Below, piece after piece: positions 29,139 to 37,792 of a stretch of DNA of 64,000 bases. The notes under the pieces are model-generated. The model did not search any database. It was not told the origin of the DNA and saw only the letters and a program-made list of their open reading frames with translations. The translations under genes and the position numbers were made by a program. The first letter of the stretch is position 1; every line of letters begins with the position of its first letter. Where the stretch lies: the IMG/VR virus record IMGVR_UViG_3300027816_000052, positions 62,001 to 126,000 of that record; one strand, given 5' to 3'.

Positions 29139-29900
29139 ATGAAAAAGATAAAATTAACAGAATCAGATTTATATAGAATTGTTAGAAAGGTTCTTCTTGA
29201 GCAAGAGGAAGAAAAGAGAAGTTTTACATTTTCTCCGGGAACATTTGCGTCTTTTATAACATCATCATCAGGTGAAAGATTTGTTAAACATCTTAATAAC
29301 AAATATGATGAGGTTATTATTAATGGTGATTTGGATTTAGATGGAACACCAATTCAATCCTTACCTGATAATCTTCATGTTGGTGGGGATTTGAATTTAT
29401 ATGGAACACCAATTCAATCCTTACCGGATAATCTTTATGTTGGGAGAAATTTGGATTTAAGAGGAACACCAATTCAATCCTTACCGGATAATCTTTATGT
29501 TGGGAGAAATTTGGATTTACAAGGAACACCAATTCAATACTTACCGGATAATCTTCATGTTGGGGGAAGTTTGTGGTTAAATGGAACACCAATTCAATAC
29601 TTACCGGATAATCTTCATGTTGAGGGAAGTTTGGATTTAAGAGGAACACCAATTCAATCCTTACCGGATAATCTTTATGTTGGGGGATATTTGAATTTAC
29701 ATGAAACACAAATTCAATCCTTACCGGATAATCTTTATGTTGGGGGATATTTGAATTTACATGAAACACAAATTCAATCCTTACCGGATAATCTTTATGT
29801 TGGGGGGACAATTTATATTAATGGAATACCTTTAAATGATAATGATAAGTTGGTTGCAAAATATAAAGAAAAATATAGAATTGATAGAGCACTTATTTAA
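29139..29900 (+). CDS. LRR-like repeat protein (8 x 20 aa) with head-leader motif
   Basis: Leader MKKIKLTESDLYRIVRKVLLEQ; repeats LxVGGxLxLxGTPIQSLPDN. Confidence 0.85.
   Translation: MKKIKLTESDLYRIVRKVLLEQEEEKRSFTFSPGTFASFITSSSGERFVKHLNNKYDEVIINGDLDLDGTPIQSLPDNLHVGGDLNLYGTPIQSLPDNLYVGRNLDLRGTPIQSLPDNLYVGRNLDLQGTPIQYLPDNLHVGGSLWLNGTPIQYLPDNLHVEGSLDLRGTPIQSLPDNLYVGGYLNLHETQIQSLPDNLYVGGYLNLHETQIQSLPDNLYVGGTIYINGIPLNDNDKLVAKYKEKYRIDRALI
29320..29810 (+). repeat. 60-nt tandem repeat array, 8 units
   Basis: Successive 60-nt lines align in register (ggaacaccaattcaatccttaccggataatctt...). Confidence 0.95.
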
Positions 29901-30480
29901 CCTTCTTAGCCTTTGTAATTTTACCCTCAAAAATTGTTTTACCAACTTTGAACTGGATAGTTTCATTTACTTTTGATGTATTTTCAATCAATAACCCATT
30001 TTCCTCTAAAAGTTCTTCAAATACTTCGCGCATCATTGACTTTAATTCATTTTTATTCGGTAATGATGTAATTTGTTTTGATTGAACATTAGACGGAGTT
30101 TCTTGTCGTTTTGTACCCATCAATCTGCTAGCTTTCTCAACTAATTCATCAGATAGTGCTGTTGTTGGTGGTTGCGGTTGCTGAATGGGGTGTTCAATCA
30201 TTAATTTCTTAATTTCATCTGGAAGTCTTGAATTTAAAATTCTATCCTTAACAGGAACCGCTGAATTAATTGGTTTTGGTTTTACTTGCTGTTCTGAAAG
30301 ATATTCCTGTGGGATATTATATTTAACATCGGGAACTTCAAAATCGTCAACCTGAGGTCTTTCTACATTTATTCTAGTATTTTCACTTATTCCTATATCA
30401 CTAGTCTGACCTCTAGGAATTTTATTGTGTTTATCCATTATTTTTTTGGATATCATTAGTTTTTCAATAAGTGCGTCCAT
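29893..30480 (-). CDS. hypothetical protein
   Basis: 195-aa ORF, ILNSRLPDEIKKLMIEHPI. Confidence 0.65.
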   Translation of the reverse strand: MDALIEKLMISKKIMDKHNKIPRGQTSDIGISENTRINVERPQVDDFEVPDVKYNIPQEYLSEQQVKPKPINSAVPVKDRILNSRLPDEIKKLMIEHPIQQPQPPTTALSDELVEKASRLMGTKRQETPSNVQSKQITSLPNKNELKSMMREVFEELLEENGLLIENTSKVNETIQFKVGKTIFEGKITKAKKVK

Positions 30481-30485
30481 AGTTT

Positions 30486-31289
30486 TTAGAATTTAGCATT
30501 AATAATAAGACGATTCATGGATTTGTCACCAGTTCTGTTATAATTTGGTCTAACTTCATTAAATTTTTCATCGGTAGGGATGTAAGTCATGATTTTATCA
30601 ACCCTAAATAAACGCCAACCCGGAAGTGGTTGTGTACCCAAAAAATCTGTGTGTGATGCACCCAAAAAGTCCCAAGCTCTTAATACTTGATTACCAGCTT
30701 TTGAGTAACCAAAAGCAACAGGTTCAATTTCTCTATTACCTTTACCTCCGGGTTCATCACCATCATAATACATGACCGTAATTCGTTTATTTTTTATCGA
30801 ATCCATAATCGAATCAATTTTATTTCCAGTTTTTGGAACATCAGTTGGTATTTCTGGTTCATATTCGTCTGGTCTAAAATTCTTGATTATAAGTTTAATC
30901 GCATCATCGGTATAACCAGCAGATTTTAAATCACCAACTAAATCTTCAGATGGTTCATATTTTCTTTTGAATGTTGTTGTATTAATTAATTCTTTTGCAA
31001 CAGCATCCATAAGATTTTTATCCATACCCGTATTTTTAAGTATGGATGCGGTAATTTTACCAAACTCTTGAACAGTAATTCGCCCTTCTTTTATTGCGTC
31101 AATAAGTTCTTGACCTGTTTTAGCGACAACTGGATTACCTTCAGAATCTACGTAGGTAATACGTTTAAATCTTGAAACAGAATCTAATGCATTTTTGACA
31201 ATATCATCGCTAACCCCCGCAAAAACATCTTCTCTTGCAGGAATTAATTGTTCAATAATTAAACCGGTTAGCGATTCAAGTAATCTCAT
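30486..31289 (-). CDS. WYL-like domain protein with short leader
   Basis: C-terminus YY.G...G.REIEPVAFG...LRAW...WRLFRVDKI; N-terminus MRLLESLTGLIIEQ. Confidence 0.65.
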   Translation of the reverse strand: MRLLESLTGLIIEQLIPAREDVFAGVSDDIVKNALDSVSRFKRITYVDSEGNPVVAKTGQELIDAIKEGRITVQEFGKITASILKNTGMDKNLMDAVAKELINTTTFKRKYEPSEDLVGDLKSAGYTDDAIKLIIKNFRPDEYEPEIPTDVPKTGNKIDSIMDSIKNKRITVMYYDGDEPGGKGNREIEPVAFGYSKAGNQVLRAWDFLGASHTDFLGTQPLPGWRLFRVDKIMTYIPTDEKFNEVRPNYNRTGDKSMNRLIINAKF

Positions 31290-31582
31290 TGTCCAAAATC
31301 AGGATATGGCTTATTGTTGCTGTATTTATTAAATTTTAAATCACCAATTCTTTCGACATTATCTGTTAAATTACCTGCGGCTGTGTTATAAACATCTAAA
31401 TCACCACCGGTACCTTTACCTTTTTCATCTCCGTCAGCAAGAGCATTTGGATTAACATCCGAATATTCGTTCGTTTTCTTATAGTCGTTCTTTGGGAACA
31501 ATTTTGCCCTTTCAGCTTCAGCTATCTTTGAAAGGTTATTATTTTCTATTTGATTTGTATCAATTGGTTCTAAGTTTGCCAT
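31286..31582 (-). CDS. hypothetical protein
   Basis: 98-aa ORF within the operon. Confidence 0.65.
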   Translation of the reverse strand: MANLEPIDTNQIENNNLSKIAEAERAKLFPKNDYKKTNEYSDVNPNALADGDEKGKGTGGDLDVYNTAAGNLTDNVERIGDLKFNKYSNNKPYPDFGQ

Positions 31583-32043
31583 TATAGTAATTTTTTCATT
31601 AAATCATTTATTCTTTTTAGACTTTCAGTAACCTGATTATCAAATTTTTGAATCATTTTACTGTTATTTGCATCGACTTTTGCAATGTTAGGAACAATGT
31701 CGATAAATTCACTATTATCAACAGTATATTCTTTTTTTCTATCTTGTGTTGTTTTTAGAGATTCTCTTGACGAACCTAATGTTTGTTCAATCCAATTTTT
31801 AACTTTGTCTCCACCATTTAATACATAGGGAACATCTTCTTTTCTTCCTTGGTATTTATCGAACCAATTTTTCATTCTTTTCAATTGCTGATACGTAATT
31901 GAATTAGTATTTTGTAGTTCTTGGTTTCTTCTATAACCTTCAATATTAGAATCTGCATCAGGACAAAGACGGAAGCACACTTTTAAATGTTGTCGAAGAT
32001 AGTCAGGAAATGGATATTTTTTACCATATAAATTACTGTTCAT
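31582..32043 (-). CDS. hypothetical protein
   Basis: 153-aa ORF (ITYQQLKRMKNWFD...LNGG..VK.W). Confidence 0.65.
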   Translation of the reverse strand: MNSNLYGKKYPFPDYLRQHLKVCFRLCPDADSNIEGYRRNQELQNTNSITYQQLKRMKNWFDKYQGRKEDVPYVLNGGDKVKNWIEQTLGSSRESLKTTQDRKKEYTVDNSEFIDIVPNIAKVDANNSKMIQKFDNQVTESLKRINDLMKKLL

Positions 32044-32878
32044 TTTTAAGTAAATTAAGTAACTCTTTTATTGATAAACCCTCTCTATTAGCCATTTTCT
32101 TTAAAGACTTCATATTCTTCATAAGAATTTTGCTAGCAGTTTTTTGTTCTTTAGGTCTTACATCATAATCATCAACATATTTTTTAGTTAAGATGTCTTC
32201 AACCATTTTAACCATTTTTTCTTTTTGTTTTTCAGAAAGTGTCATTCTATCCACAAAACCTTCTTTATTTTTTATGCTATTAGGAGCTTTTTTTGTTTTA
32301 TTACCCGAAGGGTCTTTACCAAATTGTTTTGTTCTTTTTTTAGCTTCATCTGATTCTAAACCCATTTTTTCTAAATGTTTTTTAGTTTGTTTACCACTCA
32401 TATTTTTTGTTTCATCATATCCGAAAGCATCTGAAAAATCGGTTTCCGTTATTTCGCCCTCATTATAATATGTTCTAAATCCTCGAAGAAGTGGATCATT
32501 TGTTTGTCTTGTTGCTGGAATTGTCTGATCAGTTGTTTTTCTTGGATGTTGTGTTAAATCCAAAATAGGAATTTTTGAAGAAGATAATGTCCCATCCGCA
32601 TTTATAAATTCTTCAAGCTCATGTTTATCTTTTATTTTAATTAATTCAAATTTTTTCTTAATGTCGTCTTTTGAATATTTTTTCTTTGATTTAGCGATTT
32701 CATATATTAATGATTTAATTTTTGGTAAATCTGAGGTTGGAAAATCGATTTTTACATCATTTTTTCTAGCCTCACTTATTGTCGTCTCAACAGAAAAATA
32801 TAAAGAAATTCTTTCTTTATTCTCTTTTAAGAAGAAATAATAAGGTTTTATAAAATATTCTTTGTTTGTATGAATCAT
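32033..32878 (-). CDS. hypothetical protein
   Basis: 281-aa ORF preceded by ATATTTAT. Confidence 0.65.
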   Translation of the reverse strand: MIHTNKEYFIKPYYFFLKENKERISLYFSVETTISEARKNDVKIDFPTSDLPKIKSLIYEIAKSKKKYSKDDIKKKFELIKIKDKHELEEFINADGTLSSSKIPILDLTQHPRKTTDQTIPATRQTNDPLLRGFRTYYNEGEITETDFSDAFGYDETKNMSGKQTKKHLEKMGLESDEAKKRTKQFGKDPSGNKTKKAPNSIKNKEGFVDRMTLSEKQKEKMVKMVEDILTKKYVDDYDVRPKEQKTASKILMKNMKSLKKMANREGLSIKELLNLLKNEQ

Positions 32879-32946
32879 TTTTCTTTTTAATTAATAAATA
32901 TCATTCACTTTATATTTATCTATAAATACAAGAAAAAACACTAAAT

Positions 32947-34812
32947 ATGGCACAACAAAATATAAATCAACACGTTTTTGATAAATTTTATTTATCGCCA
33001 ATTAATGGAAATATGGATTTAAGTTTAGCGACAAATAATAATTATAATGAAGAGATTATATTTTCAAATGAAGTAATTGCATATCTTGATGGTAATAGAC
33101 TTCCATTACAATTCGATATTAATGATTTGGATTCTAACCCAGAATATACATTAATTTATAAACAATATAATCCAAATAATGTGTTATTATCAACAAATTA
33201 TTGGAATCCAAATAATTTGGTTTTAACTTGTTCTACCATGTTTAACTTATGTGATATTGGTTTAACTGGAACAGATAATGGTTTGGTTGACCAAATGACC
33301 GGAGAAACAATAACCGTAACAAATGGTTTATTGCCGGATGTTGATAAATTTAATAGGTTAATGTTTGACAGAAGAATGAAATTGTTTCAGGTAACAGGAT
33401 ATACTAGTTCACGAAATGAAAGATTTTCTGGCTATTCTGCGACAACATTATATGAGGTGGTTTCAAAGACAGGTACAACTGAAGGAGTTTATCATGAGCT
33501 TTATGGTGGTTTCTATCAAGGATTTTATAAACTATTTGGTTATGATTATCAAACAATGCCAACTAGAATGCCTAAAGGATGGACGGTTGAGTTGATGTTA
33601 AAACCTCGACTATACCCCGAATATTTTCCATCTAGTGGGGAAACAACTCTCAATGGGTATTATCCTGAAAATAGTAATATGTTTTTTTATATGGGGACTA
33701 GAGCAGAAAATAAATATTATCATTATGCGGATGGTTCTCCTGTGTCAGATTCCGGGTATACTAGAGCAACATCTGGTTTAACTTGTTTAAAAACCTGTGC
33801 TTGCTCAAATACTGCGGTAACAAATTCTGATTGTATTGAAGTTTATCCACCATCAGCGGTAACTGTTGACCATTCTTATGGTGGTTGTGGTTACTATAAT
33901 GAAGTTGTTTTAGAACCGGAATTAGACCCCGCATGGGATAGTATATCAAATGCAATTTCGCTGAAGTTTTGTGGCAATTTATCAAATCCTAAACTCGGTG
34001 TTAAGGTATTAAGGTTCGTTGGGGATTGTGTTGTTACCGGAAGTTGTGAAACTACTGGTACTACATATACAACAGGATACACCGTTACAGAATATTGTTC
34101 CCCAAATGGAATTTATGATATTTGTCCATCGGGTAGTTCTTTTGTACAGGTAGAACATTGGGTACAAATTGATGTTGTCTTTGAAAGGAATGCTTGGATG
34201 GATGAATGTGATTTAATTTATAAAGGAGGATTGGGTTCAATAACAAAATTTGAATATTTAGATTCACTTTTAGATAATTCTGTAGCGTTGGTTTCACCAC
34301 CTATAACTCATCAACAAACAACCCCAGAACAAATAGAAATTGTAAAGTTAAATGAAGAATGGTTGCTTGAGAAGAAGTATAGAATGGGAACCTTAAAGTT
34401 TTATGTAAATGGTAAATTATTCTACACAATAGAAGATTTTGAAGAAATAATCCCAAGAGGTGAAAATACTAGGAAAGAAAGACAAATCGGTGTACCGTTT
34501 AATATATCGGTTGGGGGCGGCACTCAAGGATTACACGAAGCATTAATTTTTACTGGGTGTGTAACTGGTTTAACAACAACATATAAACAAGACCCAGAAT
34601 TAGTACCTAACCAAATTTTAAGTGCGACAACATTATCTGGGTTATCAACAAATATTTTAATTGAACCCAATTTTGCGGGTAATTTTGAAGGAGCAATTGC
34701 TCAATTTAGAATGTATATAGAACCATTAAGTGCTGCACAAATCCAACATAATTTTAGAATTTTAAAAGATAAGTTTTTACTATTCGATTATTTTTGCGAT
34801 ACTTGTAATTGA
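32947..34812 (+). CDS. structural protein with LamG/concanavalin A-like fold
   Basis: WTVELMLKP...LKFYVNG...F.GAIAQFRMY..PLSAAQIQHNF. Confidence 0.6.
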   Translation: MAQQNINQHVFDKFYLSPINGNMDLSLATNNNYNEEIIFSNEVIAYLDGNRLPLQFDINDLDSNPEYTLIYKQYNPNNVLLSTNYWNPNNLVLTCSTMFNLCDIGLTGTDNGLVDQMTGETITVTNGLLPDVDKFNRLMFDRRMKLFQVTGYTSSRNERFSGYSATTLYEVVSKTGTTEGVYHELYGGFYQGFYKLFGYDYQTMPTRMPKGWTVELMLKPRLYPEYFPSSGETTLNGYYPENSNMFFYMGTRAENKYYHYADGSPVSDSGYTRATSGLTCLKTCACSNTAVTNSDCIEVYPPSAVTVDHSYGGCGYYNEVVLEPELDPAWDSISNAISLKFCGNLSNPKLGVKVLRFVGDCVVTGSCETTGTTYTTGYTVTEYCSPNGIYDICPSGSSFVQVEHWVQIDVVFERNAWMDECDLIYKGGLGSITKFEYLDSLLDNSVALVSPPITHQQTTPEQIEIVKLNEEWLLEKKYRMGTLKFYVNGKLFYTIEDFEEIIPRGENTRKERQIGVPFNISVGGGTQGLHEALIFTGCVTGLTTTYKQDPELVPNQILSATTLSGLSTNILIEPNFAGNFEGAIAQFRMYIEPLSAAQIQHNFRILKDKFLLFDYFCDTCN

Positions 34813-34825
34813 TATCATTATTAAA

Positions 34826-35008
34826 ATGAGTTTTAACAAAAAAATTATTACTAAAGAAAAATTAATTGAAGCTCTTAATAGTGAGATTTCATTAGAGAAA
34901 TTTTTTTCTGCGGATTCAATAGTTTTTAAAGATGATTTATCTCATTATGCTTTTGGGTTATTTAAAGAAGGATTCTCAAAAGAAGAAATTTTTAAAAAAA
35001 TCTTGTAA
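34826..35008 (+). CDS. hypothetical protein
   Basis: 60-aa ORF. Confidence 0.55.
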   Translation: MSFNKKIITKEKLIEALNSEISLEKFFSADSIVFKDDLSHYAFGLFKEGFSKEEIFKKIL

Positions 35009-35025
35009 ATAGTTGATTACTACGT

Positions 35026-35055
35026 ATTATGAGTTAGTTTTAAATAACTCATAAT
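35026..35055. promoter_or_regulatory. perfect 11-bp inverted repeat (operator or hairpin) just upstream of the GT gene at 35060
   Basis: attatgagtta-gttttaaa-taactcataat, downstream of TTGATT at 35013. Confidence 0.5.
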
Positions 35056-35059
35056 TCAC

Positions 35060-37792
35060 ATGGAAAAAAAACTAAATATTTTAGCACACGCCTCTTTTAT
35101 TGGTAAAACCGGTTATGCTAATCATGCTAAATCATTTTTTTGCGCGTTAAATAAGTATGCTAATGTTAAAGTTAGAAATCTGACAGTAGGTGATAGTTGG
35201 TGTGGATTATCGGAAAAACCTCATGATAAAGAAGAGTATTTTACCGATGAAATGCGTAATATGCTTATACTGCAAACATTATACGAACAAGATAATACAA
35301 GAAAAGATTATCCAATATACGGTTACGATGGGTCTTTCATTCCTGATATTCATATCGTTTTAAATGATGTTAATAACCCATATTTTTATGATAACTATGA
35401 TGGATATCGCATAGCTTATAATGTTTGGGAATCAACGGAATACCCAAAAGATTTTTTTGAAAGATTATTTTATTTTCATGAGGTTTGGGTACCATCTAAA
35501 TGGCAAAAAGATAATTTAATTAAACAAGGTTACCCAAAGGAAAGAATTTCGGTTGTTCCAGAAGGTGTTGACCCTGAAGTTTTTAAACCAACAAATGAAA
35601 TTGATTTATCAGAAAAGTTTACATTTTTACTTTTTGGTAGGTGGGAATATAGAAAATCAACAAGTGAAATAATTAGAGCGTTTAATGAAGAATTTAAAAA
35701 TGAGGATGTTAACTTAGTTGTTTGTGCAAATAATCCATTTGCTAATGATGGGTTTAAAACAACTGAAGAAAGAATAATTGCAAATGGTTTGGAAAATAAA
35801 AATCTTAAAATAGTTAATTTTCCAACTAGAGAAGAATATATTAATTATTTAAAAAATGGTCATGTTTTTATTTCATGTGCTAGAAGTGAGGGGTGGAATC
35901 TACCTTTAATAGAAGCAATGGCTTGTGGTACGCCATCAATTTATTCAAACTGGGGAGCACAACTTGAATTTGCTGATGGATTAGGAATTCCTGTTAAAGT
36001 TACTGATTTTGTTTCAGCTAAAAACCAAGATAATTCATTTGTTGGCGATTATATAGAACCAGATTTTAACGATTTGAAATTAAAAATGAGAATGGTCTAT
36101 AATGATTATAAATCATTTAAAGAAAATGCTTTATTAGAATCTGAAACAATTCACAGAAATTTTAATTGGGATTTGGTGGCTAAAAATGCTAATAATATTT
36201 TACAAAAAAAGGTAAATGACTTTGTTTTTGTTACTACCGGTAACGAAAATTATATGCCTCTTATTGAATGTTTAGTTAAGTCTTTAAATGAGTTTTCAAA
36301 ATTTAAAATTATTGTTTATGGGATAAATTGTGATGTACCATTTGATTATCCAAATTTAATAAAAAGAAGATTAAATATTGAAGAATACTCAGAACATGAT
36401 AGGTGGTTTTGGAAGCAATACGCATGTATTGAGTCAATTAACGAATCATTTGAAAATTTTGTTTGGGTTGATGGGGACGTTGTTGCAAATTTTAATATTG
36501 ATAATATAATCAATTATTTCCCTTATGTTGGGAATTATCCGCTATCTGACATACACAGACAAAAAGAATTCTATGGATTTTTTTATGAAAATGGTGTTAA
36601 ATATGAGCAACTATTTAATGAAAATCTTAGTAAATACTTAAATGTTACACCACATTTACCATTTATGCACGTTTGTCTTTTCATTTACAATAAAACCTGC
36701 AAATGGTTTTTTGATGAGATTATAAACCTCTATAAATCAACAGATTTAAATAAATATAGGCATTTATTCTTATGGAATGATGAAGGTGCTGATAATGCAA
36801 TTAGATCGAAGTTTAATTTAAAAAACCATTTACCGTTATCTAATTTTGATGTTTCATCATATGATGGCGAATCATATGAGTTTATTAATAACCAACTATC
36901 TGATTTTTATACATTTTGGGAGAAAGATGGTCCATATAATTTTAATAAAATTTATGGACTTCAATATATTCCTGAAAATAAAAAAGATATTATCTACTTC
37001 CACGGTAACAAAAATGTTGACGCAGCAAATAAAATGATTGATTTTATTAAAATAAAAAGAGACAATTCTTTTTACGAATCAAATAATTTTTATACTTCAA
37101 AAAATGTAATAACAGATTTTAGTGATATAAAAAATATTGAGGGCGGAACTATTTGGGTTGCTGAAAATTACGGTTGGTCACACGCAATATATCATGAAAT
37201 TTATAACTTACAGGATTACTATTTAAGTAGAAAAAAACAAATAAATGATGGGGATATTGTTGTTGATTTAGGAGGTAATATTGGTATCTTCAATAGATGG
37301 GCTTATTCACAAGGAGCGTCTAAAGTTATCTCATTTGAACCAGATAGAAGATATTTTGAATTATTGAAGAAAAACACAAGTCCTAATTCAATTCTTTTTA
37401 ATGCGGCGATGTCTGATAGGATTGGGGAGTTGAGTCTATTTGAGAGCGACCATTTGGGTGGTTCAAATATATTTGGTGTGCCTAGTAACACAAAAAATTA
37501 CAAGGTCCGGACTTATACATTAGATTTTTTATTTGATACAGATTTAATTACTCACATTGACTTTTTAAAGGTTGACGTTGAGGGTGCAGAACATCTAATT
37601 TTTAAAGGAATTAGCGATAACAATTTATCTAAAGTTAAAACTATTTCAATGGAATATCATCACTCACATTTTAATTTTGATGAAAAATTACGTGATGATT
37701 TTATTAATAGATTTGTTAGTCTTGGCTTCAATTCTTATCTTTTATTTATGGGGACAAATAATGCATTACAAATGATATATTTTTATAGATAA
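35060..37792 (+). CDS. GT4 glycosyltransferase + GT-A domain + FkbM methyltransferase fusion
   Basis: TGYA.H..., WES, GRWEYRK, SEGWNLPLIEAMACGTP; middle WVDGD, YFHG; C-terminus DLGGNIG..FEP..LKVDVEGAE. Confidence 0.88.
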   Translation: MEKKLNILAHASFIGKTGYANHAKSFFCALNKYANVKVRNLTVGDSWCGLSEKPHDKEEYFTDEMRNMLILQTLYEQDNTRKDYPIYGYDGSFIPDIHIVLNDVNNPYFYDNYDGYRIAYNVWESTEYPKDFFERLFYFHEVWVPSKWQKDNLIKQGYPKERISVVPEGVDPEVFKPTNEIDLSEKFTFLLFGRWEYRKSTSEIIRAFNEEFKNEDVNLVVCANNPFANDGFKTTEERIIANGLENKNLKIVNFPTREEYINYLKNGHVFISCARSEGWNLPLIEAMACGTPSIYSNWGAQLEFADGLGIPVKVTDFVSAKNQDNSFVGDYIEPDFNDLKLKMRMVYNDYKSFKENALLESETIHRNFNWDLVAKNANNILQKKVNDFVFVTTGNENYMPLIECLVKSLNEFSKFKIIVYGINCDVPFDYPNLIKRRLNIEEYSEHDRWFWKQYACIESINESFENFVWVDGDVVANFNIDNIINYFPYVGNYPLSDIHRQKEFYGFFYENGVKYEQLFNENLSKYLNVTPHLPFMHVCLFIYNKTCKWFFDEIINLYKSTDLNKYRHLFLWNDEGADNAIRSKFNLKNHLPLSNFDVSSYDGESYEFINNQLSDFYTFWEKDGPYNFNKIYGLQYIPENKKDIIYFHGNKNVDAANKMIDFIKIKRDNSFYESNNFYTSKNVITDFSDIKNIEGGTIWVAENYGWSHAIYHEIYNLQDYYLSRKKQINDGDIVVDLGGNIGIFNRWAYSQGASKVISFEPDRRYFELLKKNTSPNSILFNAAMSDRIGELSLFESDHLGGSNIFGVPSNTKNYKVRTYTLDFLFDTDLITHIDFLKVDVEGAEHLIFKGISDNNLSKVKTISMEYHHSHFNFDEKLRDDFINRFVSLGFNSYLLFMGTNNALQMIYFYR

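Noticed and set aside
29320-29811. Antisense ORFs over the LRR arrays (also 54842..55294, 29114..29302, 54396..54584)
   Set aside because: Shadow ORFs of the repeated coding sequence.
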